Source: a virus
Reading direction: 5' to 3' (one strand)
DNA: 64,000 nucleotides
Virus record (IMG/VR): IMGVR_UViG_3300047312_000028
Coordinates: 64,001 to 128,000 of that record
Every line of letters starts with the position of its first letter. The first letter of the stretch is position 1. The position numbers and the translations under genes were made by a program. Below, one piece after another: positions 12,201 through 21,248 of this stretch. Below the pieces are notes generated by a model that was not told the origin of the DNA, ran no database searches, and worked only from the letters and a program-made list of their open reading frames with translations.

Positions 12201-12425
12201 ATGACGATCATCCAGGGGCAGAATAATATTTCTCGTAACCAGGGCGACTTCAAAGACTTTGTGTACGCACCAGGTTCAGATAACGTGGCAGATGATCGTG
12301 TGCAGTATGGTACATTTGTGAGCTTCAAGTATTTTGCGATCAAGGTGGTCTTAACGTCAACCGACACAACACGAGTACCACGAGTACGCGATTTCAGAGT
12401 GGTCGCAATTCCAGCACTCTCATAA
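6216..12425 (+). CDS. Large virion structural protein (VrlC/DUF4815-like), probable baseplate/fibre hub
   Basis: N-terminal PYFDDFD..KNYHKILFRP..AVQARELTQ, APGADR, RRYTMRDIG.LEKRI..LEYYTSL, RFKNG.LVD.F, DPLAQTF; typical of cyanophage-type T4-like genomes. Confidence 0.8.
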   Translation: MAIDLNQNPYFDDFDPAKNYHKILFRPSFAVQARELTQAQSIMQDQITKFGKNIFQNGSIVTGGQTVLEVTATKYVCIEATAPDGSVIDVDNFIGKFVIDGDGAGVRAYVIAGAAATITSPTVLIVKYTSGAPFNPATLLPISTEDGTFSATLLTSLTGFTDVTSGLILGDASICSVNEGVFFIDGYFVSVAAQTVILDAFGNTPTFRVGLESEDSIVDATEDASLLDPAQDATNFQAPGADRFKKSLTFVKRLLTSTDDSKFIELLRVVNGGLTKQVTYPTYSVLEDTLARRTNDQSGSFTVRPFKLALTAHDTFANAYNVIVEPGKAYVLGYEFETIAPFIVKSERARDVANVQNYNTTIDYQNWLEVTNLEGPIPFKTLQPGVLHCVDSANIAIANAAVAANTMTGTIRIRALDYSSGANSTSIKTAVWRAYMFDANVGASRVCNCGSTGSSNTMFVAPNFSAVANAYAGVKFTITTHAGVIVNESHTIGQYDGPNNKVTLQGTETFAFGTPSIATQYRFDYEFKDTDAIVYANTSVNQHLFSTKMDVADSSREAFLVDQYQGAFLTDTGFNKLILKFPYSTIANQSVVGGTPIRNSTYQGRKVYTGQGFTQNVTTITSAAGITSILNGALSGSDAIENVLVVVRNNTGSPLSNNQVINFESGNPNGNTVSITTVSNTSTWTITVPDMNSAASADVYVKVELPFSDALGNIIKSKTARIANVASGLNSGGIQIPDPTGLVQWYSQGGGTLGAQITIYANSAAWLNLKDPTKVTSLYTSDVIALRKVIDVGTNVIEDGNVAIATDITSRYTLDSGQRDNSYDHGSIVLKPTSQGPTGNVVIYVDYLAHSGLGYLTVDSYTSANIAYANTPTYTSVTTGITYVLRDCIDFRPRRQDADFVGAFDEELFGISGQAFDTDFSYYLSRVDKVVLTKDRTFEVLQGISNLFPVPPKDKDNAMTLYSLYLPAYTANTSEIRQTYVDNRRYTMRDIGTLEKRITNLEYYTSLNLLEQAAKNQEITDDTGANRFKNGILVDPFTGHSIGDVLNPDYHCSMDPQNTELRPPFLIENLALELNTTNSSNFGRTGAMLSLPYTIATFVDQPYAALAINVNPFNTVQFIGTISLDPSSDTWVDTNRVPDVTVNLQGDNDAWEALGKAVNQNLAGTGAFGTQWNSWQTSWTGISKTQYNYIVPGAPGFEEGALPLVQRTTTKTTQQQVRTGIQSAFAPETITASIGDKIIDQSVIAKMRSKGVVFVGKMFAPNTNLYAFFDGTAVTSYCNRTNIVKVASSVVQYKDTYQEGETVRVWDPARNQNTGGGVVILSRNESDHSNVSILNITGGDDSNVANAYFMHTTNTTFLIGNTTGANSQIVGYYHNSGFVTNPNVSSILLSHDIANSNVGVSNTTIVGLPIYFTSANGLGQSATITSYNFVTRNVAFTPSLSVTPNTQTSYSIGQLQSDYRGEISGLFVIPSTTDLSFRTGERQFSLLDSSSGSLEFSATNGSVKYFASGLLQTVENTLISTRQPGIQRTTLTQNQTVVSTKVSDTLVGFVWYDPLAQTFLVDQKFHPSGVMLTGIRLLFKTKDDNIPLQIQLRPVVNGFPHSSQVIPGTDTVVNPSDIITVSEEVLGAKYSDTSSGGNNPFDDASMYTEINFGGPVYLAQGAEYAVIIIANSVKYQMYISNMGSKIIGTNRLISSQPYLGVFFKSQNSSTWNPIQEQDMAFRLLYAQFDTSVQANVELRLSSSNAITANVPLDTMFITSGNLLLPNTTIVGLFATTTAAGVKETSKTFQLDENVYFDDILGRRVATSDNNSFKLRFLLSTLNVDVSPVIDMDRLSLLAIENKINTLGFDNTSAVVIQSSNNWVSAANLTLTVSGGGGSSANAYVSNNQIDSVNKVLSNVVIDIAGSDYTTSPTVVLSGNTALTANVLIVGEDQPFGGPAAARYITRKVTLADGLDAGDFRVYLSAYKPSNAKIYVYYKILSADDPDSFDNKSYQLMTIIQGQNNISRNQGDFKDFVYAPGSDNVADDRVQYGTFVSFKYFAIKVVLTSTDTTRVPRVRDFRVVAIPALS

Positions 12426-12432
12426 GGATATC

Positions 12433-12675
12433 ATGTCTGGTCTAAATAATATCGTACCTATCGAGAATACCGATCTTGTAAGAGATATGGATAGCAAAGC
12501 GGTAGTGAGTACAGACCTTGACGGTCTTCGTCGCTATAAAGAATCACGACGAAGAACGCTTGCAGCCAATAAAGAGTTGCAAGAGACTAAAAATCGCCTG
12601 GAAGTTATTGAAGGCGACATGCGAACATTGAAAAGAATTGTGGGTGAACTTACCACATTGAGGAGCCGCGGATAA
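12433..12675 (+). CDS. Small coiled-coil hypothetical protein
   Basis: 80 aa, AAGGA RBS, LVRD..SKAVV motif and C-terminal coiled coil; commonly follows the VrlC-like gene. Confidence 0.7.
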   Translation: MSGLNNIVPIENTDLVRDMDSKAVVSTDLDGLRRYKESRRRTLAANKELQETKNRLEVIEGDMRTLKRIVGELTTLRSRG

Positions 12676-15017
12676 TGTCGATTGAACAGATATCTACACT
12701 AAACACATTCGGTCAACTTATCACCACAGTCTCCGCTTTGGTGGCCGTGGCGAATAACTTCACTGACGGTCCTCAATCACAGACGGGATCGACTTGGACA
12801 TTTACAAACGCCAACGTGGGCGTCAATGTCTTAGGTACGTTGCTTGCAACCACAGGAAACATCGGCATCCTTAATGCTTCCCAGGCGAATCTTACTAACG
12901 AGACAGTAGGTACTTCAAATATTTCCAGTGCTAATGTGACCGTTGCCAACATTGGTGGAGCGACAATCACAAATATCTATAGCACAGATCACTCAACAGC
13001 TAACGCGAACGTATCTGGCCTGTTACAAGTCAGTGACCGCGCGAACATCTATTCCGCAAACATTCAAACAGCAAACATCGGCTCTCTTGTTATTACATCA
13101 TTGATTGCCACATCATTGACGGTACCTGTATTGAATGCCAGCTTTGCCAACGTTACTACATTATCTGTCACAGGCACCTCGCAGCACAATGCGCTCGTGG
13201 CAACATTACTCACAGCGACCAATGCAAATGTAGGAATTCTAAATTCATCCACAGCGAATATCACAGGAGAAACTGTAGGCACGTCGAATATCTCTGTGGC
13301 GAATATCACATTCTTGACTGTCGGTACTCAGAATATTTCATTTGTTAATATCACAAGCGCAACCCTTGTAACATTAAACACAAGTTTCGCCAACGTTACA
13401 GTCTCAAATGTATTATCTGAAACTGTGGGTGTGTTGAATGCTGGCTTTGCGAATATCCTATCAGCAAATGTCGTATCTGTGAATACCTCTGTAGCAAATA
13501 TCACGACGATTCTTTCCAATACCGTCATGTCATTTAACCCAACAGCGAACTTGGGTATTGCGACAAAGAACTATGTAGATACAGGCGCCGGAGCAAACCT
13601 AGTCAATAAGTTATCTTTTAATTCCAAGGGTGATATTATTGTTGGTACCGGGGCGAACACCTACGCTGCACAGAATGTAGGAACGAATGGACAGGTTGTT
13701 ATCGTCGATACAAACCAACCAAATAGCTTAAGATATGCGCCTCGTCCTTCACAGATGTTCCGTGGTTTAATTATGGGTTCTTCTCAAGCAGACAAATCAG
13801 CAAACGGAACACAATTGACTATTACTAGATTGGATGAAGTTACAATGGACGATGGAGAAGTTGTAACAGGCTGGGCGCCAGCTACAATCGATATCAGTTC
13901 AAACGGTGCGGTCAACCTTCTTGACACGGGAGTTGTGCTTGCAAATACCTGGTATGAAGTGTACGCCATTCGTAAGCGTGTAGATGGAACGAAGGGATTC
14001 TTAATCCATCGTGCATTAGATCGTAAACCAGATCAGAACACCATGAACGCGATCACCTATCCAACTGTGGCAGGTGCTACGCTGGGAGTTGGTGCCAACA
14101 CTCCAAACACAACCTTATATACACGTCTTGGACAGAGTTTTACACCAAACGTTGCAGGCCCTCTCACTAGCATCGAAGTCAGAGCATTCAAGGTTGGCGC
14201 AACCGCAAATGGAAATGTCTGGTTGACTCTACATGCTAACACAGCAGGATCTCCTAACGGAACTGCATTGGCTACAAGTAGAAAGATGGATATTACACGT
14301 CTTCAGGTCACCACCGCCTCGAACTTGAGATTTATATTTGATACTACATCAAACGTAGCATTGGCTAACTCTTACTTCTGGGTGTTCAATGTGGATTACC
14401 CAAGTATCTCAGGATTGTCTGTGAACCTCGTATCCTCTCTAGCCAATACAGAATTGAATGCGAATGGTGTAAATAGAGGATTACCATACGGAAACACTGG
14501 CGCCTCATGGGTCAGCCTGGCACCAGGCGTCGGCACCTTCATGTACAAAACCTACGTTGAGGCGAATAGTACAGCAGTGACTCTACCAGCCGGGTACGAT
14601 CAGACATGTTTGATAAGCTATGTCGGAGTTGATAGCAACACAAGAATTAAAGAATACACCCAAAAAGATCGAACGATTTATACCTATTACACTGCCCAGT
14701 GGGCAAGTCCTCCGATCTTCCAGATTCAGAATCCTGAAGTTGTGGACTTATTATTCAATCTTCCTCCAGTGCCAGTGACAGCGCAATTCTTACACACTGG
14801 TGGTGGTTCCCCATTGATCTACACCTTGGGTAGATTCTGGGCGCTTGACTTGGGAACGACATTCGTGGAAGGTGCCTTCGGTGGAGGATATCAGATGGGA
14901 CAAGGAGGAGGTGGCACATCCGCTATGTACCTTTCATTCTGGGTTGAACAACAGGCAGTTCTGACCAAGACACAAACAGCTTCATCCAAACTCTATCCAG
15001 TGTCCTGGACTTTCTAA
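12675..15017 (+). CDS. Tail fibre / receptor-binding protein, paralog 1
   Basis: Asn/Thr-rich beta-repeat stalk, then TKNYVD, KGDIIVG..GQV and a C-terminal region shared with the next three ORFs. Confidence 0.7.
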   Translation: MSIEQISTLNTFGQLITTVSALVAVANNFTDGPQSQTGSTWTFTNANVGVNVLGTLLATTGNIGILNASQANLTNETVGTSNISSANVTVANIGGATITNIYSTDHSTANANVSGLLQVSDRANIYSANIQTANIGSLVITSLIATSLTVPVLNASFANVTTLSVTGTSQHNALVATLLTATNANVGILNSSTANITGETVGTSNISVANITFLTVGTQNISFVNITSATLVTLNTSFANVTVSNVLSETVGVLNAGFANILSANVVSVNTSVANITTILSNTVMSFNPTANLGIATKNYVDTGAGANLVNKLSFNSKGDIIVGTGANTYAAQNVGTNGQVVIVDTNQPNSLRYAPRPSQMFRGLIMGSSQADKSANGTQLTITRLDEVTMDDGEVVTGWAPATIDISSNGAVNLLDTGVVLANTWYEVYAIRKRVDGTKGFLIHRALDRKPDQNTMNAITYPTVAGATLGVGANTPNTTLYTRLGQSFTPNVAGPLTSIEVRAFKVGATANGNVWLTLHANTAGSPNGTALATSRKMDITRLQVTTASNLRFIFDTTSNVALANSYFWVFNVDYPSISGLSVNLVSSLANTELNANGVNRGLPYGNTGASWVSLAPGVGTFMYKTYVEANSTAVTLPAGYDQTCLISYVGVDSNTRIKEYTQKDRTIYTYYTAQWASPPIFQIQNPEVVDLLFNLPPVPVTAQFLHTGGGSPLIYTLGRFWALDLGTTFVEGAFGGGYQMGQGGGGTSAMYLSFWVEQQAVLTKTQTASSKLYPVSWTF

Positions 15018-15023
15018 GTGACT

Positions 15024-15031
15024 CATAAATA
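15024..15031 (+). promoter_or_regulatory. Late promoter CATAAATA
   Basis: Intergenic, 9 nt before ATG at 15041. Confidence 0.75.
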
Positions 15032-15040
15032 CCTTTCACT

Positions 15041-16921
15041 ATGCCATTTGTATGGAATAACAATCCAAATCTCCCAATCGTTATACCTCCCGAGGTCTTA
15101 GGACCAACGGAGGTTTCTACCGAGGTGCACGTTGTCGCAAACACCGTCAATGTGAGCCCACTTCTTGGCGTCCTCTCTTACAACACTACTAACATTGGGT
15201 ACGACGTAATCTACGGATACGATTCTCTCAATGTCACAAACTTTCATACTGACCATCTGATTGGTGATAACTTACGAGTGGGTGTGGCTAACCTCAATGT
15301 GGCAGTCATTAACACAGCCGTCATTGGAAATGCTACCATCGCTAATTTAACGGCTCAACAAATATTCATGAATACCACACCATCTGCGAATGAGCATATG
15401 GTGACCAAGGGGTATGTGGATACTCTCGTAGCCAACTCTACACCACAGGGCGGCAACTTACAACTTCTGATTCAGCAAGCAGGAGATTTGTTAGTGGGCA
15501 TCGCCGATAATACAGCCAGCCGACTCGCAGTGGGTAATAGTGGGCAAGTGTTGACAGCAGGCGGTGCAGCTACCACGAATGTTCAATGGGTATTGTTTTC
15601 TGGCGGAGGCGATCAATCATCATTTAGAAATTTGGTTATCAGAACACACACCGATTATCCACAATCCAATACCAAAGTACAATTACTCCATGCCGATGAA
15701 ATTGTTATGGACGATGGGACTGTCACAAGAAACTGGTCACAGACAATCGCCGACATTACAGTGAATGGAGTAAATGGATTAGACACCGGGACTATGACTT
15801 CCAATTCATGGTATGAGATTTATGCGATACGAAATCCTACCAGTAACACTCAGGCCCTTCTATTTCATAAAGCGTTAGATAGAAAGCCCTGGATCACGGC
15901 TAATGATTTCTTTACTTTTTCTGTGGCGCAACCGGTAGGGAGGGCGACTAACGGATTTGATACGGTGTTAAAGGCATCCCAACAGTTTATTCCCCCCATT
16001 ACAGGAAATGTGACAAGCATTGAAATGTCAGTCAATCGTACCGCGAATGGCCCGTCGGGAAATTGCTGGGTCACGATTGAAGCACAGGATGCACAGGGTA
16101 ATGCTAGTGGGGTGGCTCTTGCAACAAGCAGTTATAGGTTTGCTCAGGATTTACCGATAGAGACAAACGCTGGACGATTACGATTTGTTTTTGATCCACC
16201 CACTCAAGTTGTGGCGGGTAATGGTTACTGTATGGTATACAACACAGATTATTCGTTGTCGGCCGATCGGTACACACAATTATACGGCATCGCCACGAAT
16301 ACGTACCCAGACGGAAATGCTAAGATATTCAGCGCGAACACAAATACGTGGCGTCCAATCACTGGCACTATCATAAGTGATTTTAATTTCCGTGTGTTTA
16401 TAGAAGCCAATAATACCCCACTGGTGATGCCAAGTGGATATACACAAAAATGCTTACTGAGTTATGTCTCGACTGGTCATGGAATGTGGTTTCGTGAGTA
16501 TAGCCAGAGAAATCGAAAAATGTCCATGTTGCACCATTGGAATTGGAGGTTTATTGATTTCAATAGCGGCGCGGCGTATGAGCCATACCTGCAACCACAT
16601 CTAATCCCTTCGGGTACTACATTCACGATAGATGCTTCATTTGGAGTGCCCCCGACTCCTTGTATGGTGCAACTTGCACATATCACCAGTGCAGATAGTT
16701 TCCTTCATCGCTTTGCTGATATTCATGCTCCTGCAATAACAGGAAACGTGGTTACCGCAGGGGGGAGTATCGTTGAAGCGGATGGGGCGATCTATGCGAA
16801 TAGCCCACAGGGGTCCGGCATCTATCATAACAATCCCCTACTTGTTGAAGAACAAGCATTTTTGTATTACGTCACGTCTTTTTCATTTGCGTTACTGATG
16901 CCTGCAACCATAGAGTTTTAA
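15041..16921 (+). CDS. Tail fibre / receptor-binding protein, paralog 2
   Basis: MPFVWNN N-terminus, TKGYVD, AGDLLVG..NTASRL.VG.SGQVL, GLDTG..WYEIYAI, PSGYTQKCLLSYV. Confidence 0.7.
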   Translation: MPFVWNNNPNLPIVIPPEVLGPTEVSTEVHVVANTVNVSPLLGVLSYNTTNIGYDVIYGYDSLNVTNFHTDHLIGDNLRVGVANLNVAVINTAVIGNATIANLTAQQIFMNTTPSANEHMVTKGYVDTLVANSTPQGGNLQLLIQQAGDLLVGIADNTASRLAVGNSGQVLTAGGAATTNVQWVLFSGGGDQSSFRNLVIRTHTDYPQSNTKVQLLHADEIVMDDGTVTRNWSQTIADITVNGVNGLDTGTMTSNSWYEIYAIRNPTSNTQALLFHKALDRKPWITANDFFTFSVAQPVGRATNGFDTVLKASQQFIPPITGNVTSIEMSVNRTANGPSGNCWVTIEAQDAQGNASGVALATSSYRFAQDLPIETNAGRLRFVFDPPTQVVAGNGYCMVYNTDYSLSADRYTQLYGIATNTYPDGNAKIFSANTNTWRPITGTIISDFNFRVFIEANNTPLVMPSGYTQKCLLSYVSTGHGMWFREYSQRNRKMSMLHHWNWRFIDFNSGAAYEPYLQPHLIPSGTTFTIDASFGVPPTPCMVQLAHITSADSFLHRFADIHAPAITGNVVTAGGSIVEADGAIYANSPQGSGIYHNNPLLVEEQAFLYYVTSFSFALLMPATIEF

Positions 16922-16922
16922 T

Positions 16923-18734
16923 ATGCCATTTATTTGGACCAATCAACCACAACTTCCGTCACCACCACAAATCGAAACCCCCGGCCCTCTAGAGGTTTCG
17001 ACCCTTGTGGATAAGGTTGCCAACACTGCGAATGCTGGCGACACACTACTCTATTACACTCCAAATACACAATACAACGTGGTGCATGTTATTCCCCAAA
17101 TGAATGTTCGTACAACCAGATTAACAAATGCCAACGTTGGTCACCTCACGGTCAATGCGTCTATCAATATCGAACACACCTATATCAACACCGCAGTATT
17201 TGGTAGTGTGACTGCAAACGTACTCTACCTTGAAGTGGGCACGATGGGGCGCGCTCCAAATTCAAATAATGAAATAGCCACAAAAGAATATCTCGATTCT
17301 CTTGTATCCAACATTACTCCTGGTGGGAGCGATCTTCAAAACCTTATCGATGCTGCGGGAGATTTACTTGTGGGGGTTTCCCCCAATACCGCGGTACGGT
17401 TACCTGTAGGGAACAGTGGACAAGTCTTGTCTGTTGATTTTTCTGAAACGTCTGGGTTGCGTTGGAAAACTATTGGTTCAACTGGTAGTGAAGTGTTTTC
17501 GGGGCTGTGGTTACAAACTCACCAGAAGCGTTACCTTCAAAATACACAAATATGGCTACGACATTGTGCGGATGTGGTTTACACTGATGGGAGTCATGGA
17601 CGCGGGTTAAGTAACTTGGTCTGTGATATCACTGTCTCCGGGGTAGGTGGACTTGATACTGGCGTCGAACGTAACTCCCAGTGGTATGAGATTTATATGA
17701 TCCGAGACACAGCGAACAGCGCCAATGCGTTATTGTTACACCAATCCACCAATATTGTCAATGAGGCCTCATTAACTACCGTAACAGACTTTTCACGAAT
17801 ATTGAGAGGGGCCACCGATCCAAATGATCTTTTAGGACAATCATTTGTGTCAGCCAACGGAGGACTGATACATTCTGTTGAACTTGAATTTTCTTCTGTT
17901 GGATCGCCTAATGGTTTACTGTGGGTAGAAATAAGGGATGATAGTGGGCAGGGTGGAGGATTTCCTGGTAACACTATTGTAACCAGTCGTGTATTCGATA
18001 CAACAAGAATTCTTTCTGAGAATTCTAGAATTCGATTTATCTTTGATACCGATGCGGCATTGCTAGCGAATATCTCATATCATATAGTCTTGACCGCGGA
18101 CTACACACGAAGCGATTCAAACTATATACAACTAAGGGGGCTCGCTGCTGGTGGCTATCCTTCTGGAAAAGCAATAGAGCATCATTTTAATGATGGAGTG
18201 TGGTTCAACTGCTCGGATGTATCCGGGCCTGGTGATTTTTATTTCAAGGTATTCATTCAAAATATTCCTGCAACAAATATTGTTCTTCCTAGTTCATATG
18301 ACGTATATTGTCTGTTGGGATATGTCTACAACAATAGCGCGGGGAATTTTAAGCATTTTATTCAACGTGACCGTCACCTCTTAGCATTTATATCGCAGGA
18401 TTGGAGAGGATATACAACCGCAACTGGTGCAATTGAGGCAGCAGATTTGTCGACCGTGCTACCCCCAAGAGATGGAATGGCACTTGTTGAGGTGATGTAT
18501 CGATCCCCCGCGGCACTACATATTCCTATCGGTGGAATCGATTGCACAGATATGCCCGTCACTCTTATCACAAAGAATGGTTATACCACAGCGAACACCC
18601 ACGGACTTTTTGGTCCTGCAAGTGGTGGGGCAGGATTATACAAATACGCTCCCATTATCATAGAGAATCAAACAATGCTCGTTCGTTCCAATGTGCCCAA
18701 CTGTAATGTGTATGTAACAGATTTTGCTTTTTAG
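16923..18734 (+). CDS. Tail fibre / receptor-binding protein, paralog 3
   Basis: MPFIWTN N-terminus and the same motif series as paralog 2. Confidence 0.7.
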   Translation: MPFIWTNQPQLPSPPQIETPGPLEVSTLVDKVANTANAGDTLLYYTPNTQYNVVHVIPQMNVRTTRLTNANVGHLTVNASINIEHTYINTAVFGSVTANVLYLEVGTMGRAPNSNNEIATKEYLDSLVSNITPGGSDLQNLIDAAGDLLVGVSPNTAVRLPVGNSGQVLSVDFSETSGLRWKTIGSTGSEVFSGLWLQTHQKRYLQNTQIWLRHCADVVYTDGSHGRGLSNLVCDITVSGVGGLDTGVERNSQWYEIYMIRDTANSANALLLHQSTNIVNEASLTTVTDFSRILRGATDPNDLLGQSFVSANGGLIHSVELEFSSVGSPNGLLWVEIRDDSGQGGGFPGNTIVTSRVFDTTRILSENSRIRFIFDTDAALLANISYHIVLTADYTRSDSNYIQLRGLAAGGYPSGKAIEHHFNDGVWFNCSDVSGPGDFYFKVFIQNIPATNIVLPSSYDVYCLLGYVYNNSAGNFKHFIQRDRHLLAFISQDWRGYTTATGAIEAADLSTVLPPRDGMALVEVMYRSPAALHIPIGGIDCTDMPVTLITKNGYTTANTHGLFGPASGGAGLYKYAPIIIENQTMLVRSNVPNCNVYVTDFAF

Positions 18735-18741
18735 GTGACTT

Positions 18742-20673
18742 ATGGCTTTTATTTGGAATAATACTCCAAAAACACCTGCTCCGAATATCCCTATTCCCGT
18801 TCCCCCTTCTGAAATCAGTTACAAGGTGGGTGCAGTGGCGAATAGTGTGGACTACGGTGGAGAAGTGCGTTACAACACCGCCAACAAATCCTATGATGTG
18901 GTGTATGAATTTCCAACACTGAATGTTGGGGATGTGAATATCGATAACCTGATATTTGATACTGCCGACGTTCAGACCCTTCGAGCGAACATTGCGGCGG
19001 CTAACACCGTCACACTCAATACCGCGAATATCTCCAATGCGAATGTTCTTGTTGGTGTTATCATCGGCAATGCCATCTCAAATTCTAGTGTAGTCACAAA
19101 AGAATATGTGGATAATGCTATTGCAGCGATTTCTGGTGGATCTGGATTTGATACCACCGCGAATATCTTTTTGCAAAAAGGAGATTTGTTAGTCGGAATC
19201 AGTCAAAACACCGCTCTACGTTTACCCGCAGGTAGCAATGGACAAGTCTTGACAGTGAATACCGCTGCCTCATTAAAAGTCTCTTGGATGGATTCTCCGA
19301 TCTCACAGGAAACCCTTGGGTTGTCCATTGGGAGCCACTGGCACCCATATAAAAAGACCACCACGATTCTATTGAAGAACGCCAATGCGATTGTTATGGA
19401 AAATGGCGATCATGTGAGTGGGTGGAGTAACTTAACAGCAAATATCACAACCAGTGGTGCCGGTGGGCTCGATAGCGTAAGTGGTTTAGCCGCCAACACA
19501 TGGTATTCGGTATATGCGATTTACAATCCAGATACCGGAAACAAAGCGTTACTCCTTCACCAACTTGAAACCCGGGTCATAGATCAGAACTGGCCAATTG
19601 CCATCGATACAGAAGTCGCTTTTCTTGGGTTTAATGCCACAAACGCCACCAATCCATTTACAAGATACGTTACAAAACTTTCTCAAAGTTTTGTTCCTAC
19701 AGTCACAGCCCCCGTGTATGGTGTAGAAGTGAGAATGGGTTGCCAATTGATAGACGCTGGGAACTGTTGGATCACTCTAGAACATGATGATGGGTTTGGA
19801 AATGCTAGCGGATCAGTGGTTGCCACAAGCAGAGTCATATCAACCTTGGAGAGAGGGCCCGTGGGTACAAGCCCAGGTACATGGAATACCCTCTTTCTAT
19901 TTGATACCCTCACTACACTTGGATCAGGTGGTCGTTATCATTTTGTGGTCAATACCGATCGTCTACCCGCGGTGACACTCGATGCAAATGCTATTACAAT
20001 TGAAGGGAACACGGCGCCGACCACTAACATACTCCAGAGAAATTTTATGGCATCCGTTGGTTATAATGCGTTTCCAGGAAATGATATTTATTCAGGCTAT
20101 GGAGATTGCCGATCTTGGAATGCTGTCAGCCAAAGTTGGTGGACCACCTCTAATACTGGAACGGGGTTTGCAGAACCAACGGATTTGTATTTTAAGATTT
20201 GGCATATCTTTAACAGAAACAACGTGGTGTTGCCCGCTGGCTATACACAAAAGGCACTCATTGGATATGCGTGTACTAATGTGAACAGTCGCCTAAAGGA
20301 ATACAAACAAGTTGATCGTACTATGTGTACAGGGTATAGCGACGATTGGTGGGGTTGGACAAGTTCCGCCTCCCCTCAAGGTAATGAGCTTGTTCTCTTG
20401 TCACATGTAATTCCTCCGGTCACTTGTTCGGTGCAATTACTCACACAACAAGCGCCTACTGGATTCCAGGGTCCAGGATGTTTTACGCCTGCGATCACCT
20501 CAACCACGGCTTTTAATATCCCTATGTTTTCTGCAAGAGGAGTTGTTAATTATCAATCTAGAGGTAGTGAAATTTTTGTTTCTCAACCAGTGGAGGTGTT
20601 GGATTATCAACGAATTCTAGCATACCAGATCGATACCTCCACAAAAATGTATATTGCAAGCATCACCTTCTAG
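18742..20673 (+). CDS. Tail fibre / receptor-binding protein, paralog 4
   Basis: MAFIWNN N-terminus and the same motif series. Confidence 0.7.
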   Translation: MAFIWNNTPKTPAPNIPIPVPPSEISYKVGAVANSVDYGGEVRYNTANKSYDVVYEFPTLNVGDVNIDNLIFDTADVQTLRANIAAANTVTLNTANISNANVLVGVIIGNAISNSSVVTKEYVDNAIAAISGGSGFDTTANIFLQKGDLLVGISQNTALRLPAGSNGQVLTVNTAASLKVSWMDSPISQETLGLSIGSHWHPYKKTTTILLKNANAIVMENGDHVSGWSNLTANITTSGAGGLDSVSGLAANTWYSVYAIYNPDTGNKALLLHQLETRVIDQNWPIAIDTEVAFLGFNATNATNPFTRYVTKLSQSFVPTVTAPVYGVEVRMGCQLIDAGNCWITLEHDDGFGNASGSVVATSRVISTLERGPVGTSPGTWNTLFLFDTLTTLGSGGRYHFVVNTDRLPAVTLDANAITIEGNTAPTTNILQRNFMASVGYNAFPGNDIYSGYGDCRSWNAVSQSWWTTSNTGTGFAEPTDLYFKIWHIFNRNNVVLPAGYTQKALIGYACTNVNSRLKEYKQVDRTMCTGYSDDWWGWTSSASPQGNELVLLSHVIPPVTCSVQLLTQQAPTGFQGPGCFTPAITSTTAFNIPMFSARGVVNYQSRGSEIFVSQPVEVLDYQRILAYQIDTSTKMYIASITF

Positions 20674-20677
20674 AACA

Positions 20678-20685
20678 CATAAATA
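20678..20685 (+). promoter_or_regulatory. Late promoter CATAAATA
   Basis: Intergenic, upstream of GAGGTG RBS and GTG start. Confidence 0.75.
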
Positions 20686-20720
20686 CACCTGAAATCCCAA
20701 AACTTCAAACGAGGTGTATT

Positions 20721-21053
20721 GTGGCTGGATACGTTCCCCTTGAAATCGAGCAATATTCTAACTTTTCCCGTATCATTACCATTAAAGACAGCGCCGGGGT
20801 CGCTCAGAATCTATCTGGGTACTCAGCGAACACTTTAATGAAGAAGTCGTTTTATTCTTCCCAGTCAAACACAATCACCACCACAATCAGCGATGCGTCA
20901 AATGGAGAAATTACACTCTCCATGACCTCAGCGAACAGTTCTGGTCTCACGCCTGGACGCTACTGGTATGATTTGACCACCACGACCCCGGGTGGTATTG
21001 TACAACGTGTTATCGAGGGTATTGTGGTCGTGAGCCCAGGGGTTACGCACTAA
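20721..21053 (+). CDS. Small structural/adaptor protein (BppU N-terminal-like beta sandwich)
   Basis: L.IEQ...F...I...NLSGY.A...G.ITLS.T......L..GRY.YD......V.RVIEG.V.V.PGVT pattern common in T4-like structural regions. Confidence 0.65.
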   Translation: MAGYVPLEIEQYSNFSRIITIKDSAGVAQNLSGYSANTLMKKSFYSSQSNTITTTISDASNGEITLSMTSANSSGLTPGRYWYDLTTTTPGGIVQRVIEGIVVVSPGVTH

Positions 21054-21235
21054 TGCCGATTAGAGACGTGCCTGATATTGTTGTAACAGTAAAGGGGGAC
21101 AGGGGAGTTATAATCTCTTCTATCAGTCCCGATGCCGCACGTACTATTCAGTTATCAGGGTCTTCCTCGACTGTTACAGCAAATGCAGACCTTATTGTTG
21201 TACGAAATCAACCTCAGCGTCAAAAGACAAGCTAG
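21053..21235 (+). CDS. Hypothetical 60-aa protein
   Basis: ATG overlaps the upstream TAA; fills the gap; N-terminal motif resembles the start of the next protein. Confidence 0.55.
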   Translation: MPIRDVPDIVVTVKGDRGVIISSISPDAARTIQLSGSSSTVTANADLIVVRNQPQRQKTS

Positions 21236-21248
21236 GAGATAGTTACAC

